This document shows positions 1-7,519 of a DNA stretch of 15,882 bases, piece by piece. Under the pieces are notes generated by a model. The model was not told where the DNA came from. It saw only the letters and a list, made by a program, of their open reading frames with translations, and searched no databases. The stretch's first letter is position 1; the number at the start of each line of letters is the position of its first letter. Both the position numbers and the translations under genes were made by a program. This DNA is from an archaeon (GTDB lineage: Archaea > Nanobdellota > Nanobdellia > Woesearchaeales > WJKL01): positions 1 to 15,882 of the forward strand of contig JAGVIO010000202.1 of assembly GCA_020056025.1 (NCBI GenBank). Reading direction: 5' to 3'.

Positions 1-1
1 A

Positions 2-817
2 GGCAAGATGGAATATCTAAATCCTAAAGCAAAATTCTATAATGCAGATATAACTGGAGATATTCTTCCAATATTCCAAAAAGAAAAGCCAGACATTGTT
101 ATTCATACTGCTGCGCAGGTAATGCTCAGAAAATCATTGGAAGAGCCAATTGAAGATGCAAGAATAAACATACTTGGCACCATCAATGTTCTTGAAGCAT
201 GCAGAAAAACAGGAGTTAAAAAAATAATTTATACAGCTACTGGCGGAGCAAGAGTAGGCAATCCAGAATACCTGCCTGTTGATGAGAATCATCCTATAAA
301 TCCCACTTTACCATATGGAATCTCAAAGCATACTGCAGAGCATTATGTCAAAATGTATGGCCAACTGTATGGGATTGATTACCTTATATTTTGCTTTGGC
401 AATGTATACGGCCCAAGAGATGACCCAAAAACAAAAAGGCTTAGCTCAATATTAATTGACAAGATGCTTAGAAACGAAGAGCCAACTATATTCGGGGATG
501 GCACACAGACAAGGGATTTCATCTATGTTAAAGACCTTGCTGAATTCATAGTAAATAATCTAAATAAATCACCAAAGCACAAACTTTTCCATCTTGCGAA
601 TGGCAAACAAATAAGTGTTAATGATATAGTTGAGATAATCAAGCAGCTTACTGGCTTCAAGAAAGAGGTTAAGCACATTGAAGCAGTCAAAGGCGAAGTC
701 AAAGATATTGTTCTTGACACTACGCTTGCAAAAAATGAATTAGGTTGGAAGCCCAAGCATTCCATATATGAAGGGCTTAAAGAAACAATTGAATGGTTCA
801 AACAAAAAAAAGCTTAA
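2..817 (+). CDS. NAD-dependent epimerase/dehydratase (GalE-like extended SDR), 5'-truncated by the window edge
   Basis: The frame of ORF 8..817 stays open back to nt 2. The N-terminal GxxGxxG Rossmann motif is absent, so the true start lies upstream of the window. The catalytic YxxxK (YGISKHTAEHY) and the GDGTQTRDFIYVKD motif are typical of UDP-sugar 4-epimerases/dehydratases. Confidence 0.8.
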   Translation, partial: GKMEYLNPKAKFYNADITGDILPIFQKEKPDIVIHTAAQVMLRKSLEEPIEDARINILGTINVLEACRKTGVKKIIYTATGGARVGNPEYLPVDENHPINPTLPYGISKHTAEHYVKMYGQLYGIDYLIFCFGNVYGPRDDPKTKRLSSILIDKMLRNEEPTIFGDGTQTRDFIYVKDLAEFIVNNLNKSPKHKLFHLANGKQISVNDIVEIIKQLTGFKKEVKHIEAVKGEVKDIVLDTTLAKNELGWKPKHSIYEGLKETIEWFKQKKA

Positions 818-910
818 AATCATATTCTCAAGCAAAATCCTAAGCTTATTCAGAAAAGATGCTGCTCTTTTGTTCTGATTGACATATAATCCACTTGCAG
901 ATGATTATCT

Positions 911-942
911 AAGAATATACTTATTTTAGAAGGTATATTCTT
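911..942. promoter_or_regulatory. Perfect 10-bp inverted repeat AAGAATATAC-N12-GTATATTCTT, with a 10-bp palindrome AGATATATCT at 954..963 just downstream; candidate operator in the intergenic region upstream of the AbrB-family regulator gene
   Basis: Read directly: 911-920 aagaatatac and 933-942 gtatattctt are exact reverse complements. It lies between the epimerase stop (817) and the regulator start (1029). Confidence 0.35.
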
Positions 943-990
943 TTTTGATTTAAAGATATATCTTAAAATAAACACTATTTTTTCGTAATA

Positions 991-998
991 TTTATATA
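991..998 (+). promoter_or_regulatory. TATA-like box (TTTATATA) about 30 nt upstream of the regulator start codon
   Basis: Archaeal TATA consensus is TTTAWATA. Spacing to ATG 1029 is consistent with a short-leader transcript, and GGAG at 1022-1025 could serve as an SD. Confidence 0.3.
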
Positions 999-1028
999 TT
1001 CTAAGATAATTATTACGGATTGGAGAAC

Positions 1029-1910
1029 ATGAAACGAAAAGTAATCAAGCAGGGAAACAACACTTTGACCATAACTTTGCCTAGAGAATGGATTGAAAAG
1101 AACAAGATCAAGGCAGGAGATGAAATAGATGTTGCAGAAAACCAGCAACATAACCTGGAGATAGGGCTTAATGAATCAAACTACAGCAAGACAAAAGAAG
1201 TTTCACTAAAATATACAGATAAAAATTATATTAAATCAGTGCTTGCTGCGCTGTACAGGGAAGGCTGCACTGAACTAAAAGTCAAATTCCATGAAGATGT
1301 ATCTTCTCTTGACATCGAAAAGGTTGTTGATGAGCTTTTTGGGTTTGAGATAACAGAGCAGGCAAGGAACAGATGTACAATCAGGTTTGTCATAAACGAA
1401 AAAGATGATCCTGAAAAGACGATAACAAAGATATTCCAGATAATCCTGACTATAATTGATGCGGCAATTGCCTCAGAAAAGATAGATTATATGTATTACA
1501 AGAAAAAAATCAGCATGTTTAAAGATTATTCAATGAGGCTTTTAAATTCCCAGGCATCAAAGGAAAATTATTCAGAGATGAGGCTTGTCTCTTTCATATT
1601 AGATCAACTTGGGGGCTCGCTTGCTGCACTATTTGATAATTTAAACAAAAAAGGAGTGATTCTAGACAAAGAATCAAGAAAAATAATGGAAGCGCACAAA
1701 GAGATATTCAACAAGCTCTATGACTCCTGGTGCAAGAAAGATTTTGACCTTTCTTCAGAGACGTATCTTGAGCTTAGAAAAAGGCTTATTGGATTAGATT
1801 ATATGGAAAATACGCCTTATGACAAATTAAAGATCGGAAGGTTCTTATATTATCATCTTGAGCTTATGTATGCTCTTTCTTCAAGGCTTCAGGGACTGAA
1901 TGCCAAATAA
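1029..1910 (+). CDS. Putative transcriptional regulator with an N-terminal SpoVT/AbrB swapped-hairpin DNA-binding domain and a C-terminal PhoU-like helical domain
   Basis: N-terminus KVIKQGNNTLTITLPREWIEKNKIKAGDEIDV matches the AbrB/MazE-type motif. The remainder is alpha-helical, like archaeal PhoU-family 'phosphate uptake regulator' homologs. The ORF track starts at TTG 1020; the ATG at 1029 is preferred. Confidence 0.5.
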   Translation: MKRKVIKQGNNTLTITLPREWIEKNKIKAGDEIDVAENQQHNLEIGLNESNYSKTKEVSLKYTDKNYIKSVLAALYREGCTELKVKFHEDVSSLDIEKVVDELFGFEITEQARNRCTIRFVINEKDDPEKTITKIFQIILTIIDAAIASEKIDYMYYKKKISMFKDYSMRLLNSQASKENYSEMRLVSFILDQLGGSLAALFDNLNKKGVILDKESRKIMEAHKEIFNKLYDSWCKKDFDLSSETYLELRKRLIGLDYMENTPYDKLKIGRFLYYHLELMYALSSRLQGLNAK

Positions 1911-1937
1911 GCCAAAGCTTGCCTAAAACAATAGTTT

Positions 1938-1945
1938 TTTAAATA
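1938..1945 (+). promoter_or_regulatory. TATA box TTTAAATA about 28 nt upstream of the secF ATG (leaderless or near-leaderless transcript)
   Basis: Exact match to archaeal TATA consensus TTTAWATA; spacing to ATG 1973 fits a TSS at or near the start codon. Confidence 0.4.
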
Positions 1946-1972
1946 AAAGATTTTTATCAGGCAATATAAGTT

Positions 1973-3034
1973 ATGTATCAAAGGGCGATTCAATTGGATA
2001 AACCAGCTTTAAAACAGTCATTGATGAATTTTTGGGATAAGCATTACAAGAAACTGTTGATGCTGACTTTCATACTTCTTGCGCTTTCTTTTGCGCAGAT
2101 TGGCTATCAGATATATTCTACAGGAGACTTCATGAGCAAAGGAGTGAGCCTCAAAGGAGGAGTCACTGTAACAATAGAGAAAGCTGTTGACAATGTTGAA
2201 CTTCAAAATTATCTTACGGGTCTGTTTCCTAAATCAGATGCTTCTGTAAAGACTGTTTCAAAAGGCGGCCAGGTATATGGTGTAATAGTAGAGGCATCTG
2301 ATATTGAAGGAGATGTGCTTGTCAGCAAATTAAAGGAAAAGCTTGAGCTCAAAGATGATGAATTCAGTGCAGAGACAATGGGCAGCTCGCTTGGAGAAAG
2401 TTTCTTCAAGGAAACATTCAGGATAATAATATTAGCATTCTTATTCATGGCAATAATTGTCTTTATGTATTTTGGAGACAATCTTAAATCAAAGATAATC
2501 GCTGTTTTACTGACTGCTGTTGCAATGCCAGTAATTTACATCAGCACAAATGCAACATTATGGGTCTTTTCAGTGATACTGATTGTTTTATTGTTCTATG
2601 TATACTATAAATACAGCATACCTAGCTTTGCAGTCATACTGTGCGCATTCTCAGACATGATAGTTACATTGGCGATAGTCAATCTTCTTGGAATGAAGAT
2701 AGGGACAGCTGGAATTGCTGCATTCCTGATGATGATTGGCTATTCTGTCGATACAGACATTTTACTGAGCACAAAAGTGCTTAAGAGAAAAGGAGTTTCT
2801 GTCACAGAAGCTACTTTTGATGCAATGAAAACAGGGCTTATGATGAGCGCAACAACAATAATCGCAACAGTGCTTGCATTCATGTTTGCTGAATCAGAGA
2901 TATTAAAGCAAATAATGCTTATTGTGTCAATAGGGCTTATTGTTGACCTTCCTAATACATGGATCCAAAACGGCGGGCTGCTGAAATGGTATTTTGAGCA
3001 TAAACATAAGGCAAAAGAACATGAGCAAAATTAA
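1973..3034 (+). CDS. secF: Protein-export membrane protein SecF
   Basis: Single N-terminal TM, about 100-aa periplasmic domain, then C-terminal multi-TM bundle containing a GYSVDTDILL motif. It lies immediately upstream of secD, the archaeal secF-secD order. Overlaps secD by 41 nt (14 nt if secD starts at ATG 3021). Confidence 0.8.
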   Translation: MYQRAIQLDKPALKQSLMNFWDKHYKKLLMLTFILLALSFAQIGYQIYSTGDFMSKGVSLKGGVTVTIEKAVDNVELQNYLTGLFPKSDASVKTVSKGGQVYGVIVEASDIEGDVLVSKLKEKLELKDDEFSAETMGSSLGESFFKETFRIIILAFLFMAIIVFMYFGDNLKSKIIAVLLTAVAMPVIYISTNATLWVFSVILIVLLFYVYYKYSIPSFAVILCAFSDMIVTLAIVNLLGMKIGTAGIAAFLMMIGYSVDTDILLSTKVLKRKGVSVTEATFDAMKTGLMMSATTIIATVLAFMFAESEILKQIMLIVSIGLIVDLPNTWIQNGGLLKWYFEHKHKAKEHEQN

Positions 3035-4736
3035 ATCTGTATTTACAAATATGAGGGTAATAATTGCACTGATCTGCCTAGTCCTTGCTGTTGTTGCAAT
3101 ATACCCTAATTTCGGAGCAGAGGGTGTTGCAATAAGAAGCGTTACGCAGAACAGTTCTGCATCAATCGCTGGCTTTGAAAATCCTAAGCCGACTTCAACT
3201 CCGATGAGCAAGGAGATTATCCACTCGATAAACAACCTGCCTGTCAAAGACTCGGCTGATTATTATAATATAGTCAGTTCATTAAAGCCAAACAGGACAG
3301 TGCATATCCAGACAAATAAGAAAGTCTATCAGCTTCTGACACAGGAAAAATTTGATACTATAACTCTTCCTGAGACAGAAGAAAAGAAAATAACAGAAAC
3401 AATTCTGGATGAAAAGACAAATATTTCAAAGAATATAACCAGGACAATAACTGTCAATAAGACTGAACAGATTTCCAAAGGCCTAAAGGATATCGGGCTA
3501 AGCATCTTTGATGCGCCGCAGACAAATCTAAGAAAAGGACTGGATCTGCAGGGAGGAACAAGGGTTCTTTTGCAGCCAGAAGAAGTGCTTGAAAAAGACC
3601 AGATGGCTACTCTGGTAGACAATATGAAATACAGGCTGAATGTATACGGCCTGTCTGATATTATTGTAAGAGAAGCAAGCGACCTTTCAGGAAACCAGTA
3701 CATAACTGTTGAGATTGCAGGAGCAAAAGAAGAAGATGTCAAGGAACTTTTATCCAAACAGGGAAAATTCGAAGCCAAAATAGGGAATAATTCTGTATTT
3801 AAAGGAGGGCAGGATATCACTTATGTCTGCAGAAGCGCAGAATGCTCTGGCATTGATGCAAGAGAAGGAGGATGCAGCCAGATTTCTGCAGGACAGTGGA
3901 TGTGCAGATTCTCATTTGCGATCTCATTGTCTCCTGAAGCTGCTGCAAAGCAGGCTGAACTGACAAAAGACCTTGCTGTTGTAAATGAGGACGGAGGAGA
4001 TTATCTTTCTGAAAAATTGATATTATATCTTGATGATGCGCAGGTTGATGAACTTAATATCGGCGCTGATCTGAAAGGAAGGGCTGTTACAGACATTGCT
4101 ATATCTGGCTCAGGAGCAGGCAGAAGCGGAGAAGAAGCAGGATATAATGCGCTTGACAATATGAAAAGGCTGCAGACAATACTTATAACAGGAAGCCTGC
4201 CTGTCAAGCTTACTGTTGTCAAGACAGATGTTATTTCTGCTGATTTCGGGAAAGCATATGTTGACAATGCCTTATTTATAGGCATGCTTGCCTTACTCGG
4301 AGTTTCTGTCCTTGTTCTTATAAGATACAGGCAATGGAAAATCATATTGCCAATGGTACTGACTGCTGCGCTTGAAGTGGTATTATTGCTTGGTGTTGCT
4401 GCTGTCATCGGCTGGAACCTTGACTTGGCTGCAATTGCTGCAATCATACTTGTCATAGGGACAAGCCTTGACCATCAGATTGTCATTACAGACAATGTAT
4501 TATCAGGAAGAAAAGAAGAAGCAGATATAATGGACTGGAAGTCAAAATTAAAATATGCTTTCTTTATCATAATCGCTGCGTATTTCACAACCTCATCTGC
4601 AATGATTCCTTTATGGTTTGCAGGAGCTGGATTGCTGAAAGGATTTGCCTTGACAACTATAATAGGATTAACTATGGGTGTATTTGTTGCAAGACCTGCT
4701 TATGCTGCTGCAATTGAGATTTTGCTGAAGAAATAG
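2994..4736 (+). CDS. secD: Protein-export membrane protein SecD
   Basis: N-terminal TM, a long periplasmic P1 domain, and a C-terminal 6-TM region with conserved LPVKL...VISADFG...ALLGVSVLVLIRYR... SecD signature. Start could be 2994 or 3021. Confidence 0.85.
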   Translation: MSINIRQKNMSKIKSVFTNMRVIIALICLVLAVVAIYPNFGAEGVAIRSVTQNSSASIAGFENPKPTSTPMSKEIIHSINNLPVKDSADYYNIVSSLKPNRTVHIQTNKKVYQLLTQEKFDTITLPETEEKKITETILDEKTNISKNITRTITVNKTEQISKGLKDIGLSIFDAPQTNLRKGLDLQGGTRVLLQPEEVLEKDQMATLVDNMKYRLNVYGLSDIIVREASDLSGNQYITVEIAGAKEEDVKELLSKQGKFEAKIGNNSVFKGGQDITYVCRSAECSGIDAREGGCSQISAGQWMCRFSFAISLSPEAAAKQAELTKDLAVVNEDGGDYLSEKLILYLDDAQVDELNIGADLKGRAVTDIAISGSGAGRSGEEAGYNALDNMKRLQTILITGSLPVKLTVVKTDVISADFGKAYVDNALFIGMLALLGVSVLVLIRYRQWKIILPMVLTAALEVVLLLGVAAVIGWNLDLAAIAAIILVIGTSLDHQIVITDNVLSGRKEEADIMDWKSKLKYAFFIIIAAYFTTSSAMIPLWFAGAGLLKGFALTTIIGLTMGVFVARPAYAAAIEILLKK

Positions 4737-4774
4737 CAATAAGATTAATAAATAGCAATTAATTTCTATAAGAT

Positions 4775-5452
4775 ATGGCAAAAAAAGAGGTAATGATAAT
4801 CTCTGTTGGAGGAAGTGTTGTTGTCCCTGATGCTATTGATGCTGAATTCTTACAAAGTTTTCGTTCTGCTGTCAAAGACTATCTTAATAAATATAAGTTT
4901 GTGCTGATTGTAGGCGGCGGAAAGACTGCAAGAAATTACCAGAATTCTGCCCGTGAGCTTGGTGATCTGCATAATGAGGATTTGGACTGGATAGGCATAC
5001 ATGCAACAAGGCTTAATGCGCAGCTGCTGAAATCAATATTCAGGGATGTTGCTTATCCTAAAGTAATTAAGGATCCTACTCAGAAGGTAAATTTTGATAA
5101 TGTATTAATTGCAGCTGGATGGAAGCCAGGGTTTAGCACTGATTATGATGCTGTTGTTTTGGCTGAAGTTTTAGGCGCAAAGACTGTTGTGAATATGACA
5201 AACATTGATTATCTTTATACTAAAAACCCTAAAGAGCATAAGGATGCTGTCAGAATATTGTCTATAGACTGGAAAGGCTTCCAGAAGATTGTCGGAACAA
5301 AGTGGTCTCCTGGATTAAATGTGCCTTTTGACCCTATTGCTACAAAGAAGGCGAAGCAGCTTGGGCTGAAGTTGATTCTGATCGGAAAGAATGCCTCTAA
5401 TTTCAGGAATTTTCTTGCCGGAAGAAAGTTTAAGGGAAGTGTGGTTGAGTAA
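4775..5452 (+). CDS. pyrH: Uridylate (UMP) kinase, archaeal type (amino-acid kinase fold)
   Basis: IISVGGSVV ... VLIVGGGKTARNY ... IGIHATRLNAQLL motifs and a length of about 225 aa match archaeal PyrH. An alternative start is M at 4793, preceded by AGAGGT. Confidence 0.85.
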   Translation: MAKKEVMIISVGGSVVVPDAIDAEFLQSFRSAVKDYLNKYKFVLIVGGGKTARNYQNSARELGDLHNEDLDWIGIHATRLNAQLLKSIFRDVAYPKVIKDPTQKVNFDNVLIAAGWKPGFSTDYDAVVLAEVLGAKTVVNMTNIDYLYTKNPKEHKDAVRILSIDWKGFQKIVGTKWSPGLNVPFDPIATKKAKQLGLKLILIGKNASNFRNFLAGRKFKGSVVE

Positions 5453-5494
5453 AATCTAGTTCTAAACCAATAGTGTATAGTAATACATAAAAAT

Positions 5495-5504
5495 TTTTAA
5501 ATAG
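5495..5504 (+). promoter_or_regulatory. TATA-like box TTTTTAAATA upstream of the SPFH gene; AAGGTG SD at 5535-5540, 9 nt before ATG 5549
   Basis: Consensus-like TATA about 50 nt upstream of the ATG, and an SD-like AAGGTG complementary to the 16S 3' end. Confidence 0.35.
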
Positions 5505-5548
5505 GCTTTTTTGACTATTCTGGAGTAAAAAAATAAGGTGTTTAAAAA

Positions 5549-6634
5549 ATGAGCTTTGTACAGGATATAGGAGATATTTTAACAAGATTCTTCAAATGCT
5601 GGGAAACTGTGAATGATTACGAGCAGGGATTGTTCTATAGGGCTGGAAAAGCTATAGAGAAAAGAATAAACTATTACGGAGAAAAACTGGAAGAGATAAT
5701 TGAGCAGGAAAAAATGGAACTGATGATATGGCAAAAAGCTGAAAGGGAAAGAAAAAAGCTGACAAGAGAAGAATTGAAAGATTATCTGAAGAAGGATGAT
5801 GAAAAGCGCAAAGAAAGGAATGAAGGGATAAGAAAACTCAAAGTAACTAGCAGGGCTGAACTGAAAAAGAAGCTGCAGCAAAATGGAGTTGAGAGGTCTA
5901 GCAAAGACATTGACGAACTGATAGATGAAGAGCGCGAACGCGAGGTAAGAGAAGAAGGAAAGTTAAGCGATGAAGATATTAAGGACAGGATCAATGAAGA
6001 AAATGAAAAAGAATGGCTGGAGATTGAATCTGTGCATGTATACAGGAGATATCTCGTGCCTTTCACGAGGCCTTCGCTTCCGCCCGGATATGTAAGAAGC
6101 TTCTGGACAGGGCTTCCTATTGGGCCAAAGAGGCTGAAAAAGGACAAGGTTCTCAGGGCAGGCATATATTTCAGAGTGCCTCTCCTGGATGAAGTAATAA
6201 AAAGGTCTGCGCAGGAAGTTCCGCTTGACCTTGGCTTTGTCAATATCCCAATCACAGGCAATAATGGCGATCTGCTGCCTTTTACATTCTCATTAAGCTG
6301 CAACATAACATATCAAGTCAGCAATCTTGAAAAAGCGTACAAGGTTGTGCATGACTATGAAAAATCGCTTGGAATTATCACTTTAGGAATACTTGCGTCT
6401 GAAGCAAGAGAAAAAGAGGTGGATAACCTTACCCAAAGGGATGTGATAAAAGAATTGGAAAAAAAAGTCCTTGAGGAAGTGAAAGATGAAGTAGGAGAAG
6501 ACTGGGGGCTCAGGGTAACAAAAGTAGTCATAACCGATAATGCTCCTTCATACATCTTCAGGACAATTGGTGAAACCAAGCAGAAAGAAGATTACAGGAT
6601 TGTGCTTTCGCCTGATTCTTTTAAGATGGAATGA
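5549..6634 (+). CDS. SPFH/band-7 (stomatin/HflKC-like) domain protein with a roughly 130-aa charged coiled-coil insertion and no N-terminal TM
   Basis: VNDYEQGLFYRAGKAIEKR aligns to the stomatin motif VDEYERAVIFRLGRVIG. After the insert, AGIYFRVPLLDEV..., ...NITYQVSNLEKAYKVV... and SLGIITLGILASEAREKEV...LEEV..EDWGLRVTKVVITD follow the canonical SPFH order. Confidence 0.6.
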   Translation: MSFVQDIGDILTRFFKCWETVNDYEQGLFYRAGKAIEKRINYYGEKLEEIIEQEKMELMIWQKAERERKKLTREELKDYLKKDDEKRKERNEGIRKLKVTSRAELKKKLQQNGVERSSKDIDELIDEEREREVREEGKLSDEDIKDRINEENEKEWLEIESVHVYRRYLVPFTRPSLPPGYVRSFWTGLPIGPKRLKKDKVLRAGIYFRVPLLDEVIKRSAQEVPLDLGFVNIPITGNNGDLLPFTFSLSCNITYQVSNLEKAYKVVHDYEKSLGIITLGILASEAREKEVDNLTQRDVIKELEKKVLEEVKDEVGEDWGLRVTKVVITDNAPSYIFRTIGETKQKEDYRIVLSPDSFKME

Positions 6635-6672
6635 ACCGAAAGTTTTATTAATATTCTTTGATTAGATTGGTT

Positions 6673-6934
6673 ATGCGAAATACTGCAAAGGCATCAAATA
6701 TAACTGCATCTGAATCAACAGATATTGCCAAAAAACTATTTCCTGAACTGGCTTCTCTGTATAAGATAGGGGGGGATTGGGCTTGTGCTTGTTGCTGTCG
6801 GAGCGCTTTTAGTCCTTTTAATCCTTCAACCTGAGATGGAAGGATGGAAGTTCTTCACTTTGATTATATTAAGCATTTTATTCATCACATTAGGAACCTT
6901 TGCTGCACTGAAGCAGAAAGAAGCAGTGCAATAA
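6673..6934 (+). pseudogene. Small two-TM membrane protein gene split by a frameshift at a G7 homopolymer (6769-6775)
   Basis: Frame-1 ORF 6673..6834 (53 aa) reads through GGGGGGG. Frame-2 continues as IGLVLVAVGALLVLLILQPEMEGWKFFTLIILSILFITLGTFAALKQKEAVQ* to 6934. Removing one G fuses them into an 88-aa protein with two hydrophobic helices. Confidence 0.3.
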
Positions 6935-6999
6935 AGAAAAATCAAAGTAAAAAGCTCCTATTTTATTTGAAGTGATGAATTCTATTCAAGAATATTAAG

Positions 7000-7064
7000 A
7001 AACAAAATTAAAAAAAAGAAAAAGTTAAAAATCAAATATCAGATCCTTTGAGAATTATAATTCT
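7000..7064 (-). terminator. Candidate csp terminator: 14-bp perfect palindrome AGAATTATAATTCT (7051-7064) abutting the stop codon, followed on the - strand by a T-rich tract (7000-7031)
   Basis: Read directly. Archaeal terminators are oligo-T runs, and the palindrome could form a short hairpin in the RNA. Confidence 0.35.
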
Positions 7065-7396
7065 TAGTTTTCTGACTTTTCTTCGCCGAACTCTTCGCTC
7101 TCTTCTTCTGTATCTTCAGAATCTTCGTCATCGCCTAAGTCTTCTTCAGATTCCTGCTTTGGAGCTTTACTCTGCGGTTCTGCGCCTGCGATTTCGCTTC
7201 CTTTCTGAAGCAATGCTACCTTTTGTGCCTGTTTGCCTTTGTCGGTCTCAACTGCATCAAAAGATACTTTGTCATTGTCCCTGATAAAGGTTCCCTGATT
7301 CAATGCTGTGTGATGAACAAAATAATCCTGCCCATCTTCTCCGCTGATGAATCCAAAACCTTTTTTCCTGTTAAACCACTTTACTGTTCCTTCCAT
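7064..7396 (-). CDS. csp: Cold-shock domain protein (CspA family) with a 45-aa acidic C-terminal tail
   Basis: RNP1 KGFGFI and RNP2 YFVHH motifs in MEGTVKWFNRKKGFGFISGEDGQDYFVHH... A GGAGG SD (7407-7411 on the + strand as CCTCC) lies about 10 nt upstream of the ATG. The tail is EEDLGDDEDSEDTEEESEEFGEEKSEN. Confidence 0.9.
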   Translation of the reverse strand: MEGTVKWFNRKKGFGFISGEDGQDYFVHHTALNQGTFIRDNDKVSFDAVETDKGKQAQKVALLQKGSEIAGAEPQSKAPKQESEEDLGDDEDSEDTEEESEEFGEEKSEN

Positions 7397-7424
7397 TTTG
7401 CTAATTCCTCCGTTATGTACTGTT

Positions 7425-7439
7425 GCCCTCTACGAGGGC
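7425..7439 (-). promoter_or_regulatory. GC-rich hairpin GCCCTC-TAC-GAGGGC in the csp leader / porB 3' region
   Basis: A 6-bp perfect G+C stem in an otherwise AT-rich intergenic region. It lies between a TATA-like TTTAAAAA (about 70 nt upstream of the csp ATG) and the SD, and could be a 5'-UTR structure or the porB terminator. Confidence 0.35.
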
Positions 7440-7519
7440 TCTAAACTGCTCAGAAAAGGGTTTTGTTTTTAAATCTTTGGGTAAAAAGGGTTATTTTGGC
7501 AGAATATAATAAAAATCAA

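Noticed and set aside
3329-4456. Two - strand ORFs (163 aa and 151 aa) inside secD
   Set aside because: Ser/Thr-rich antisense translations of a strongly supported secD gene, with no motifs.
4731-4759. 10-bp direct repeat AAATAGCAAT x2 between secD and pyrH
   Set aside because: Short, AT-rich and within a promoter-like spacer; likely chance or a trivial duplication.
5579-6306. - strand ORFs of 100 and 174 aa inside the SPFH gene
   Set aside because: Antisense of the charged coiled-coil coding region; low-complexity Phe/Ser/Leu strings.
7048-7444. + strand ORFs of 78 and 73 aa overlapping csp
   Set aside because: Antisense to a canonical cold-shock protein gene that has a strong SD; no independent support.
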